Origin: an uncultured Acidobacteriota bacterium
Lineage (GTDB): Bacteria; Acidobacteriota; Thermoanaerobaculia; Multivoradales; JAHEKO01
NCBI GenBank assembly: GCA_963713825.1
Contig: CAVQNG010000003.1
Location: 64,001 to 128,000, forward strand
Direction of reading: 5' to 3'
Length of the DNA: 64,000 nt
Positions 21,028 through 30,057 of the stretch are shown piece after piece (positions within the stretch are counted from its first letter, which is position 1; each line of letters begins with the position of its first letter). The notes beneath the pieces are model-generated. The model had not been told where the DNA came from. It ran no database searches and saw only the letters and a list, made by a program, of their open reading frames with translations. The position numbers and the translations under genes are program-made.

Positions 21028-22119
21028 CTATCCCCGGCCTCGGATTGTCCGATCCCAGTGACTCATCCACTGGTTGCCTTCAGCGGCGATGAGCTGCCAA
21101 TCCACCTCCGCCGGGACGATCTCGTCGAGGGCTTCCTGGGCCCATTCGGGCAGCTCTTCTCTCGGCAGATCGAGCCTCGCCGGCAATCGGAAAGCATCCT
21201 GCGCGGCCAGCAGGAGGGCCTCGCGACTGCCCACCCAGTCGATGAAAGCGCGTGCCTCTTCCTGATGAGGCGAGCCCTTCACCAGACCGATGGAGTCATT
21301 GATGATCGGCGTTCCGCTGGTCGGGAAATTGTAGTCGAGTGGAGCACCTCTCTGCTGTAGGAAGAGCAAATCGGTGAGCTCCCAGATCGAAACCAGCCCC
21401 TCCTGCCGGATCAGCTTCTCGAAGAGCATGGCCGGATTGACCACATAGTCCTTCGTCTGGCGATCGAGCCTGGCAAGCCATTCGAAGCCGGCGGCGGTGT
21501 CCCCCGTTGCCGCAACCGATTGTGATAGCACCATGCCAAAGGCCGAACGCATGGTTCCGCTGGCCAGCGGATCGCGGATGATGATCTCGTCCTTGAACCG
21601 TTCGTCGAGCAGATCTTCCCAGTCTGCCGGTGCCTCCTCCGCACTCAGAGCTTCCGAGTTGTAGACCAGGATTGGTACGGCTTCGAAGAGACCGTGGTAG
21701 AGCTGGTCGGGATGGCGGCTCGTCGGCGGCAGCGAATCGGCCCAGGCAGGCGCAAACGCCTCGAGCAGGCCATCCTCGACTCCCCGCGAGAAGATCGTGT
21801 CGGGCCCGCCGAACCAGACGTCGGCCTGCGGATTGACCGCCTCGGATCGAATCCGGTCGTAGACCTCCTGAGAGCCCATGTCGAGCCAACGAACGTCGAT
21901 CTCCGGCCGCTCGGCCTCGTAGGTCTTCTCCAACAACATCAAGAGGTCCCGCCCATGAGGCGAGTAGAGCACCAGCGGAGTGCGTCCGTCTCCGCAGCCC
22001 ATCGGTGCCAGCAACAGCAGCCAGAGCGCGGCCGCGCCGACAGCCTGCCGCTGAGTTGCGTCGAGATGGCGAACCACGAGTTGACGGAGCCGATTTGCGA
22101 TTCTCACGGTGACTCTCAC
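21028..22119 (-). CDS. ABC transporter substrate-binding lipoprotein (Fe3+/AfuA-like)
   Basis: Lipobox MGC, LVLYSPH, NPQADVWFGG, RDPLASGT. Confidence 0.85.
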   Translation of the reverse strand: MRVTVRIANRLRQLVVRHLDATQRQAVGAAALWLLLLAPMGCGDGRTPLVLYSPHGRDLLMLLEKTYEAERPEIDVRWLDMGSQEVYDRIRSEAVNPQADVWFGGPDTIFSRGVEDGLLEAFAPAWADSLPPTSRHPDQLYHGLFEAVPILVYNSEALSAEEAPADWEDLLDERFKDEIIIRDPLASGTMRSAFGMVLSQSVAATGDTAAGFEWLARLDRQTKDYVVNPAMLFEKLIRQEGLVSIWELTDLLFLQQRGAPLDYNFPTSGTPIINDSIGLVKGSPHQEEARAFIDWVGSREALLLAAQDAFRLPARLDLPREELPEWAQEALDEIVPAEVDWQLIAAEGNQWMSHWDRTIRGRG

Positions 22120-24734
22120 CTTTCACCCAACGCCAAAAGATTCATGAACAGCCTAAAAGCCCCTGGCACCCCGGCGGGCAGCTCACGGAAGAAGGACAGC
22201 CCGGTGTAGACGTAGGTGCCTTCGCCGACCGATGCCACCAACAGCGAGCCGAGCTCTTCGGGTCGGCCTTCATCCTGCAGTGCCAGAAGAGGCAGGTAGG
22301 ACTCGTCCCATTCGGAAGGAAAATAGAGCCCACGCTCCTGGACCCAACCCTCCCAGTCAGCCGACGCAATTCGATTCGGATGCACGAAAACGGGGTGGTC
22401 GGGCTCCAGCACACGGACAGGCGAGGACTCGTCCGTCACTCGGCCGTGGGGCCTCTCGATCACCAGGGGAAGTGGTGCGTAGCCTCCCCTGACGAACTGA
22501 TACTGCTGGTACTGGACGATCAGGGTGCCACCCTTTTCCACGTACTCCAGGAGCCGCGGGTTGGCCCGCATCAGGGCCGGATCGGTCTCGTACGCCCGGC
22601 TACCGATAACGATCGCTGCATAGACATCCAGGTCGCCATTCTCGAGCTCTGCAGGTCCTAGCAGCTCTAGCGGGACACCCACCTCCAGAAGCAGCTCGGG
22701 TACCCGATCGGAAGCTCCGCGGACGTATCCGACCCGGTTGAGACGCGGCAACTGGAGATTCAGGGTCCGCACCTCAGTAGCAGCCCGCTTCTCCATCATG
22801 GCCGGGCGAATGTGCGAGTAGTCCAGGACAGCATAGGAAGCCGCAAGACGCTCACCGTTGTCGAGCACCACGGACACCGAAACCAAGTCCGTCCCCGGCT
22901 CGAGTCCCTCCTGGGCGACCAAAGGTAGCTCGAGGACCATCGAGCCCCTGGGTTGGTCGATGGAGAAGTTCTGGGGATCGACAGGCAACCACCCACCTGG
23001 CAGTTGGGATTCCAATCGACCTCGCAGCGGCTCCTCTGAGTTCGAGCTCAGCAACACCTCCAAGGAGCGGGACCTGGGCGATCCGAGCGGCTCGAGGATC
23101 AATGAAGGCTTCAAGCCGACTTCCAAGATCGGCACCGTTCGTACAGGGCGGCGCACCTCTCCGATCGCTTGGTCCCCATATCGATGCACGACCTCACGCT
23201 CGATACGGATGGCGGCGCCAGCCAGGTCCAGCTCGAGATGCGCCGTCAGCGGTGGAGGCTGGAAAGGCAGCCCCCGGATTTCAGGCGGAGCCTGGCTCCA
23301 ATCATAGAGGTCTCCAACAAGTGGGCGCTGCAGAAAGTATGGCTTCGTAACCGCTTCCTCGGCGGGAACACGGACCTGAAAGCGCCAACGGTCGAGCGAT
23401 TCCAGAACCGACTCGTCAGTCAACTCGACGGGCTCGATCAACCAGCCCTCCGTTGTCTGTAGGCTCACCCCTCGGACCTCCAGGGTCTGACTCCCCCCGT
23501 TCCAAAGCTCGACGGTCGCCTCGAAGTCGGTGCCCAGGGTCACGGCCTCCCGGTCGGCCACCGCATCGACCGCTACACCGGCAGCCGCGGTGAGGCCAGC
23601 CACTGCCACCGCCAGCTTCTCTTCTACAAGACTGGCCACAGCAGTAGAAGCCGGTGTCGGCTGCTCACCCAGAGTCTCGGCCAGTCCCTCAAGCGTTCGC
23701 ACGATCTCCGCCAGGGCCGGCACCGTGCGCTCGAGATCGCTGGGCAGTAGAGAATGTCGCGCTTTTCTCGCCAGGCCCTCCACCAGATCCAGCTCTCCTT
23801 CGACGAGGCGCCGCAGGTCACCGTTCGGCAGGCCCGAGGCCATGGCGGAGAGCCTGGTGTCGATACCGTCGAAGATCGACGACGCCTCCTGCTGGCCCTC
23901 TCCCGCGATCCACACCATGCCGCCGCGATACGAGCCCAACTGCTGCACGCGACCCATGTCCTGAGATCGATGCATCGAGCGACTGGCAGAGGCGATCTGA
24001 ATCACCGACAGGCCCGAGAGAGAGTCGATCTTGCCAAAGTCTGTCTCGAAGAGGGGCTCTCCTCTGCCCCGCCAGAGGCGACGGTAAGCCGCCTGGGGCT
24101 GCCAGGGCCCCAGTCCTTCTGCTGTGAGGGCTGGAAAGCGGTCGGGATCCCCGGCCAGACCCAAGATCTCCGCCGCGATGACACCGGCCATCTGATGCTG
24201 TCCATGACCCGCAGTCGAGTCACCAGGGAAAACTGTCACGATGACCTGCGGTTTGAATCGACGAACTGCTCGAACTGCGTCCTCTTCGAGGATCTCGCGG
24301 GGCCATCGATCGAAGGTCTCCTCCAGGGAGCGGGTGTAGCCGAAATCGTAGGCACGGGTGAAGAACTGCCAGGTACCCTCGAAACTCCGTGCGGCCAGCA
24401 GCTCTCCCGTACGGATCAGTCCCAATCCGACTCCCAGCTCGGGTCCGACCAGATTTTGTCCGCCTTCGCCTCGCGACAGCGAGAGATAGGCCGCTTCCCC
24501 GCCCATTCCCCGACTCACCAGAGAAAGAACCGTGGTGTCCTCGTCGTCGGGATGCGCGCCGACAACCAGCACTCTGCGATGGGTCGACAGCTTGGCAAGC
24601 GCACGATCGACAGTCTCGACACCACCTGTAGAAGCCGGCTCCAGTACGGATGGGACAGGGAGGGCTGGCCGCCAAGCCGAACAGACGACCGCCACCAAGA
24701 CGGCAAGCGCCGCACCGCTAATGTTTCGAAGCAT
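22116..24734 (-). CDS. Secreted PIG-L/LmbE-family deacetylase with NEW3-like and GATase-like C-terminal domains
   Basis: AHPDDED, RGEGGQN, DFGY, HGQHQ, W.GWVQERGLYF, GLSFFRELPAGVPGA. ATG 24734 lies 8 nt after TAGAAT. Confidence 0.88.
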   Translation of the reverse strand: MLRNISGAALAVLVAVVCSAWRPALPVPSVLEPASTGGVETVDRALAKLSTHRRVLVVGAHPDDEDTTVLSLVSRGMGGEAAYLSLSRGEGGQNLVGPELGVGLGLIRTGELLAARSFEGTWQFFTRAYDFGYTRSLEETFDRWPREILEEDAVRAVRRFKPQVIVTVFPGDSTAGHGQHQMAGVIAAEILGLAGDPDRFPALTAEGLGPWQPQAAYRRLWRGRGEPLFETDFGKIDSLSGLSVIQIASASRSMHRSQDMGRVQQLGSYRGGMVWIAGEGQQEASSIFDGIDTRLSAMASGLPNGDLRRLVEGELDLVEGLARKARHSLLPSDLERTVPALAEIVRTLEGLAETLGEQPTPASTAVASLVEEKLAVAVAGLTAAAGVAVDAVADREAVTLGTDFEATVELWNGGSQTLEVRGVSLQTTEGWLIEPVELTDESVLESLDRWRFQVRVPAEEAVTKPYFLQRPLVGDLYDWSQAPPEIRGLPFQPPPLTAHLELDLAGAAIRIEREVVHRYGDQAIGEVRRPVRTVPILEVGLKPSLILEPLGSPRSRSLEVLLSSNSEEPLRGRLESQLPGGWLPVDPQNFSIDQPRGSMVLELPLVAQEGLEPGTDLVSVSVVLDNGERLAASYAVLDYSHIRPAMMEKRAATEVRTLNLQLPRLNRVGYVRGASDRVPELLLEVGVPLELLGPAELENGDLDVYAAIVIGSRAYETDPALMRANPRLLEYVEKGGTLIVQYQQYQFVRGGYAPLPLVIERPHGRVTDESSPVRVLEPDHPVFVHPNRIASADWEGWVQERGLYFPSEWDESYLPLLALQDEGRPEELGSLLVASVGEGTYVYTGLSFFRELPAGVPGAFRLFMNLLALGER

Positions 24735-24822
24735 GACGCGGGATTCTATCCCGTCACGAGCCACCAGCCTCCGCTGCCTCGAGGCACCCATGGATTGAGC
24801 GAAAGGCAGGACCTCGCCAAAC

Positions 24823-26157
24823 TCAGGTCCGCTCTAGGGCCAGCAGCGTGGACAAATCGAGTTCGATCTGCCTTTGAGGGGTCAGGAAGGCGAGCTCTTC
24901 GTAGAACTGCGCTCGGTCGACGATCTCGCCCAGAAGCGGCCCGGCGAGAAGCAGTGCCATGGAATCGCTGCCCGTCATCCACACAACCAATGGCGCTACG
25001 AGTCCGAGGCCGACTCTCGAAGTCGACAGAGCTCTCTTGCCCGATTCCAGATTGCCAGGCCGCGAGAGATAGAGGACCAATTTCACGACGGCTGCCGGCA
25101 GTGCGACCCACGGGCTGCGGACCAGCAGCCCGACGAAAAAGGCGGCGGTCAGCGTCGTCATCGCGCTGTGGGGAACGGTAGGCACCCTCAAGCCCGGTAT
25201 CCGGTAGACCATATCCATGGACAGCAGGGTGGCAAATCCCAGACCAACCGTAGCCAGTGCAAGAGCCGCTGGTCGGTTGCCAGAGATCCCGCTGAGTCCG
25301 ATCGCTCCCAGGAAGGCGGAATAGAAAGCCACCTCCCGACTGACCCACGAGGTACGGATGTTCAGGACCGCTCGCCACGCCCGGGCCGGCTTGCCGAGGT
25401 GAGCGGTGCTGACCATCATCCCCAGAAGCCCAACGGCCAGGCTCGCTGGCCAGAAGAGGTGGTCGCCCTGGATCAGCTGTGCGGTCACGAAGGCCACCAA
25501 CCCGGTGGCGAGAAGTGTGAACACCAACAGTGGCCACTCGGATCGCAGCTTGCTCTCCCCATTCCTGGTCGAGACCTCTGCCACGTTTGGAACAGGGGGC
25601 GCAGATGCTGTCATCTGTGGTGCCGAAGCCAGCCTTCTCCTTGACTTGAGACGGATCGCCGGTTGGAGACCCACATCAGGGAACCCCGGCGGGCTCGTAC
25701 CGTCAGGTGTGCCTCGCTCGACGAACCCCAAGGCATCGACCGGACAAGATTCGACACAGGCCGGTTTCAGACCCTGGTCGAGGCGATGCGAACAGAAGGT
25801 GCATTTCTCCACGATTCCCACTGCCGAGTTGAACTGCGGAGCACCATAAGGGCAGACCCAAGTGCAGTACTGGCAACCGATACAGCTCTCACCGTCGAGC
25901 AGTACGGCACCGGTTGACGGATCCTTGCTGTAAGCGTTTGCTGGACATCCGTAGAGACAGGCTGGCTCGAGACAATGATTGCAGGCCAGGGAATAGTGAA
26001 AGACAGCGCTGTCGGGAAGGTTCTGTTCGTTGAACGTATGGATGCGGCGCCAGTCGATCTGCGCGTCGACGAGGTTCTCGGTCCGACAGGCAATGGCACA
26101 GGCTGAGCAGCCAGTGCAGCGATCCAGATCGAGCGTGAAGAGGGCCTGCTGCCTCAA
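24823..26157 (-). CDS. Fused 4x[4Fe-4S] (DmsB-like) and membrane anchor (DmsC-like) subunit
   Basis: CTGCSAC..AC, CNHC.EP.C..GCP, CIGCQYC..VCPY, KCTFC...PACVESCP, followed by EWPLLVFTLL and HLGKP.RAWRA...SWVSRE. TTG start overlaps the upstream stop, with a GGAGG SD. Confidence 0.85.
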   Translation of the reverse strand: MRQQALFTLDLDRCTGCSACAIACRTENLVDAQIDWRRIHTFNEQNLPDSAVFHYSLACNHCLEPACLYGCPANAYSKDPSTGAVLLDGESCIGCQYCTWVCPYGAPQFNSAVGIVEKCTFCSHRLDQGLKPACVESCPVDALGFVERGTPDGTSPPGFPDVGLQPAIRLKSRRRLASAPQMTASAPPVPNVAEVSTRNGESKLRSEWPLLVFTLLATGLVAFVTAQLIQGDHLFWPASLAVGLLGMMVSTAHLGKPARAWRAVLNIRTSWVSREVAFYSAFLGAIGLSGISGNRPAALALATVGLGFATLLSMDMVYRIPGLRVPTVPHSAMTTLTAAFFVGLLVRSPWVALPAAVVKLVLYLSRPGNLESGKRALSTSRVGLGLVAPLVVWMTGSDSMALLLAGPLLGEIVDRAQFYEELAFLTPQRQIELDLSTLLALERT

Positions 26158-28205
26158 ACGACCTCCACCTCGACGGCGTTGTCGTGGTACGCCGCACCGT
26201 GTGCCATGTCGGTCTCGCGGGCCGCAGACAATTGGTTGATGCCCCCTCCTTCTGACATCCACCAGCCGTTCGTCACCGAGACACAGCCCGGTTTTAGACC
26301 ATAGTCGAGCTTCGCTTCGAGCTCCACCTCGCCGCGCTCGTTGAACACCCTGACCAGCGATCCGTCGGCGACACCTCGCGCCCGAGCGTCGGCAGGATGC
26401 ATGTGGACCAGAGTCTGCGGGTTCAATCTCCGTATGGAGGGCAGGTTGTTGAACTGCGAGTGAATCCGATCTTTGGTGTTGGGGGTCAGCAGGTGTAGGG
26501 GAAATCGTTCTCCTCCCGGGTTGTTGGCTCCCGGCATCTCCTCCGGAGGCGAGAAGCTCGGCACCTGGTCGAGCCCCCATCGTTGCTCCGCCTCTTCCGA
26601 AACCAGCTCGACCTTCCCCGATGGCGTCGGGAACTCGAGATCGGACCACGCGACCGGCTCGCTTCCAGGCGCCAGCACCGGCCCCTGCCTCAGTCGCTCG
26701 AGGGTGAGCTCCGGAAATGGCTCGAGCCGCTTCTTCAGATAGGCCTCGACCGCCGCGCCTCCAGGCTCCGGGATCGACCTCCTCAGCCCCTCTTCGTCCA
26801 ATCCCAGAGCTTGGCCCAGGTGGTAGTAGATCTCCGACTCGGGCTTGACCTCGCCCGGCGGCTCGATGAGCTTGTCCTTGATCTGAATGTAGGAATGCCA
26901 GTAGGCCCCGATCACATCGGTCTGCTCAAAGAAGGTCTTGGCGGGAAGAACGAGATCTGCCTCCAACGCCGTGTCGGTGAGAAATTGATCCACGACAACG
27001 CGAAATTCGAGGGCCCGCAAGGCCTCGAGGACGCGGTGCGTGTCCGGATTCTGCGTCACCGGGTTTCCCCGCTCGATCCAGGCGGCCTTCAAGGGGGGAT
27101 TTCGCTGCTCGAGCATGTGCCGCCCCAGCAGGGCCGTGGAGACCGAGACGCGGATCGGGCCTGACCTGTCCTCCGGTGGAAACAGGGCCAGGGGGTCCTT
27201 TATCGGGTGAAAGACATGGCTTTGCAGGTTGGCATAGACCCAGCCTGCCCCCGGCTTGCCCAAGTTGCCCGTGATCGCCAGCAGAGCAATGAGAGCCCTC
27301 ATTGCCTGCCCGCTGTTGGTGTAGCGCTGCATCCCGAACCCCGCGCACAGAGTCACCGGAGAGCAGCTTCCAATCGCCTCCGCCAGGCGATGTAGGACAG
27401 CCTCTGGCACGTCGGTTAGAGTCGCTACTCGCGGTGGTGAATACTCCTGCACCATCCGGGCGAACTCTTCAAAGCCAAGCACGTGACGTGCGATGAAGTC
27501 GCGGTCGATGGCCCCTTCTGCGATCAGCAGGTGTGCAATACCCAGAGCCAGAGCACCATCGGTACCTGGCTTGACCTGGACGAGCAGCTCGGCCCCTTCG
27601 GCCGTCTGCGTCCGCCTGGGGTCGATGACGATCAGTCGGCCGCCCCGATCGAGGGCCTGCTCGACGAATCGCATCTGGTGGATGTTGGTCTCGGCCGGAT
27701 TCTTGCCCCAGAAGAAGATCAACTTGGCCTTCGCCAGATCCTCAGGCGCGTTGTGCCGATTGTCGCCCAGCGTCAGCCGAGTCGCCTCGAGCCCGGCCGG
27801 CCAGCAGAGGTCACCATACGTCGTGGTGCAACCCCCGAACAGACGCCAGAAGTCAAGAGCCACATCGTTCATCAAACCCTTGGTTCCACTGCCGGCGTAG
27901 AAAAGGACACTCTGCGGCCCATACCGATCCCGGATCTCTCCAAGACGCTCGGCCATGACACTCAGGGCCTGGTCCCAAGAGATGCGCTCGAAGCTGCCGT
28001 TTGTGACGCGTCGCAACGGATAGAGGACTCGATCGGCGGAGTAAACCCGCTCGATATAGCTCTGGCCCTTGAGGCAGAGGCCCTCCGAAGTGGCCCTGTT
28101 CTCAGAATGGGATTCGAGGAGGCGCAGCCTGCCCTCTTCGACGGTCACCCGCATCCCGCAGGTGCTGTAACAGTTTCGTGGACAGGCGGTCGTATGGACG
28201 CTCAT
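26154..28205 (-). CDS. Molybdopterin (DMSO reductase superfamily) oxidoreductase catalytic subunit, no Tat signal
   Basis: ACPRNCYSTC, LCLKG, WGKNP.ETN, IDPRRT.TA, PGTDGALA, TDTA.EADLVLPA, HSQF, MHPADA..RG. Confidence 0.9.
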   Translation of the reverse strand: MSVHTTACPRNCYSTCGMRVTVEEGRLRLLESHSENRATSEGLCLKGQSYIERVYSADRVLYPLRRVTNGSFERISWDQALSVMAERLGEIRDRYGPQSVLFYAGSGTKGLMNDVALDFWRLFGGCTTTYGDLCWPAGLEATRLTLGDNRHNAPEDLAKAKLIFFWGKNPAETNIHQMRFVEQALDRGGRLIVIDPRRTQTAEGAELLVQVKPGTDGALALGIAHLLIAEGAIDRDFIARHVLGFEEFARMVQEYSPPRVATLTDVPEAVLHRLAEAIGSCSPVTLCAGFGMQRYTNSGQAMRALIALLAITGNLGKPGAGWVYANLQSHVFHPIKDPLALFPPEDRSGPIRVSVSTALLGRHMLEQRNPPLKAAWIERGNPVTQNPDTHRVLEALRALEFRVVVDQFLTDTALEADLVLPAKTFFEQTDVIGAYWHSYIQIKDKLIEPPGEVKPESEIYYHLGQALGLDEEGLRRSIPEPGGAAVEAYLKKRLEPFPELTLERLRQGPVLAPGSEPVAWSDLEFPTPSGKVELVSEEAEQRWGLDQVPSFSPPEEMPGANNPGGERFPLHLLTPNTKDRIHSQFNNLPSIRRLNPQTLVHMHPADARARGVADGSLVRVFNERGEVELEAKLDYGLKPGCVSVTNGWWMSEGGGINQLSAARETDMAHGAAYHDNAVEVEVV

Positions 28206-28273
28206 GAATCGCCTGCCGAGCCTATATCACCCGCGCAGCGACGAGGCTCTTCTCCGAACCTCTCTCATGGGTG

Positions 28274-28503
28274 CGAATCCCGTACGCGCTACCAGCTTAT
28301 CCCCAGCCCAGCCACCCGTGTCGCTAGCAGCTTGTCCGGGATCCGTACACTGCATCCCCTCGCCTGCCCCTCCGTGTTCGAATCCCGTACGCGCTACCAA
28401 CTCTCCCCCAGCCCAGCCACCCGCTTCGTTAGCAGCTTGTCCGGGCTTCGTACGCTTGCCCCCAGGCCCCCGCCTCCGCGTTCGAATCCCGTACGCGCTA
28501 CCA
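28274..28503 (+). repeat. Tandem ~105-nt repeats, each ending in a tRNA 3' end (probably tRNA-Glu); no intact tRNA
   Basis: CGAATCCCGTACGCGCTACCA at 28274, 28379 and 28483 (T-loop, acceptor strand, CCA). The two intervening segments resemble each other. Confidence 0.8.
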
Positions 28504-28690
28504 TTCTTTGCAGCATCCAAGCGACCGGCCAGACGGTTGGCCGCATTGATTCTTCATGGCGGGACTCGGTCCCCCTTTGTCACCGGCAGGCTCGAGTTCT
28601 TCGCCTGCTGCTGGGTACCGACTCTCAGGTTCTGGTCCGCCCGCCCGTTAGGGTGGCGCGTTTTCGCGCCCGCAGGCGTAGCCTGAGAAA

Positions 28691-28815
28691 GCCTCGAAAA
28701 AGGCACGCCCGGGGAAACCCAAGGCCGCAATGCCACGGGTCCTCTCTTCCTGCGAGACGGTGAGGTTCTATTGTCCGCCGCGCAGGATCCCAAGACCGCT
28801 GGGCTGCCGAAGGGC
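28691..28815 (+). promoter_or_regulatory. Cyclic di-GMP-I (GEMM-I)-like riboswitch with enlarged P3
   Basis: AAAGGCA.GCC-CGGG GAAA CCC-GG CCGCAA.GCCACGGGTC...GACCGCTGGGCTGCCGAA follows the order of GEMM-I conserved blocks. It ends about 24 nt before a start codon. Confidence 0.6.
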
Positions 28816-28838
28816 ATCGGGAGTTCTAGGGAGGAACA

Positions 28839-29729
28839 GTGTTTACCATCACCATAGACCGTAGCCGATGCAAGAAGGATGGTATGTGCGCCACCGTGTG
28901 CCCTGAGGGCATATTCGTCCAAAGGGAAAAGCGGACAATACCTGAAGTGACGGATGAAGAAGGCTGCATTGCTTGCGGTCACTGCGTGGCCATTTGCCCT
29001 CAAGATGCAATTAGCCATTCCGAGGTCCTATCAACCGACATTCGGACGATTCAGGTTGAGGAGATGCCCACAACAGAACAGCTGCTTTCGTTGCTCAAGA
29101 CCCGGCGCTCCATCCGGACTTTTCGAGACAAGCCGCTGGCGAGAGAGACCATCGAGAGAATCATCGACGGGGCACGCTTTGCTCCCAGCGGTCACAACTC
29201 GCAGAGTACGCAGTACCTCGTTGTTCAGGACAGAGCTGTGCTGAACCAGGTCTCTTCAATGGTCATCGAGTACCTGAGGTTCGAGACCAGACGCTTTGCC
29301 AACCCACTATTCAGAACACTCGCGGTGCTGGCAGACCGAGAATTGGCTGAGAGCGGACTGCGCGAAATTCCCAAATTCAAGCGGGTGACACATTTGTTCG
29401 AATCCGGCGCCGATCCGATCCTCTACGGTGCGCCAGTGTTACTGGCTTTTCATGCTCGGCGGAGCGTTGGGTACGCAGATGTCAATGCACAATTGGCGTT
29501 GCAGAATGCCTCCCTTGTCGCCCACTCCTTGGGCATAGGGCACTTCTACGCCGGTTGGGTTGTTTCTCCTTGTCGAGCGCCCATGGCGGGGAAATGGAAC
29601 CGGCGCATTCCGAGCTTGATCGGCATTCCACCTGGGAACGAGCTGCATGGGGCTTTGGCGCTTGGGTATCCAATCCCCAGGTTCAGGAAGATGATCGAGA
29701 GGAAGCCCCCACAAATCAGCTGGGCATAG
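28839..29729 (+). CDS. Nitroreductase-family protein with N-terminal ferredoxin domain
   Basis: CKKDGMCATVCP, CIACGHCVAICP, RRSIR.F, APSGHNSQ, AHSLGIG, LGYP. GGAGGA SD. GC content visibly lower than the flanks. Confidence 0.9.
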   Translation: MFTITIDRSRCKKDGMCATVCPEGIFVQREKRTIPEVTDEEGCIACGHCVAICPQDAISHSEVLSTDIRTIQVEEMPTTEQLLSLLKTRRSIRTFRDKPLARETIERIIDGARFAPSGHNSQSTQYLVVQDRAVLNQVSSMVIEYLRFETRRFANPLFRTLAVLADRELAESGLREIPKFKRVTHLFESGADPILYGAPVLLAFHARRSVGYADVNAQLALQNASLVAHSLGIGHFYAGWVVSPCRAPMAGKWNRRIPSLIGIPPGNELHGALALGYPIPRFRKMIERKPPQISWA

Positions 29730-29849
29730 AACCGAAACTGTAGCCCAGGCAAGATCTCGAACGAGGAATACCGGGGTTCTCGGCGGGCCCTTCTCGGATC
29801 TTTGTTGCCTCGACGTGAATCTGACCTGAATATTGCACTGACGTGCTCC

Positions 29850-30056
29850 CCAGTTCTATACCAGGGGGAATGTCAGACTCCCGGTTCATGGTCGTCCCTG
29901 GCTCCCCTCTTGGGTGGGTAGGGAACAGGGTGGGGCGGAAGGCGACGCAGTCGGTTGGAGCCCCGCCCCTCGAGCAAGGACCCTCGGAGGCAGCCCGCCC
30001 AGCGAGCCGTGCGGCCGACGGCGAGCAGGTGTTCATGTGGCAGATGCCGGTCCCTC
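29850..30056 (-). mobile_element. Possible IS110-family 5'-end remnant
   Basis: Structured leader, then AGAGGGGAGCC...GACGACC-ATG (29889) encoding MNRESDIPPGIELG, resembling the GIDLG start of IS110 transposases. Similarity stops after about 15 codons. Confidence 0.3.
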
Positions 30057-30057
30057 C

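Noticed and set aside
26158-26649. N-terminal extension of the FeS/anchor ORF
   Set aside because: It overlaps the Mo-subunit gene in another frame. A TTG start with SD at 26157 explains the gene.
28274-28503. CRISPR array (three identical 21-nt repeats)
   Set aside because: The spacers are ~84 nt and similar to each other, the repeat is a tRNA T-arm/acceptor/CCA sequence, and no cas genes are present.
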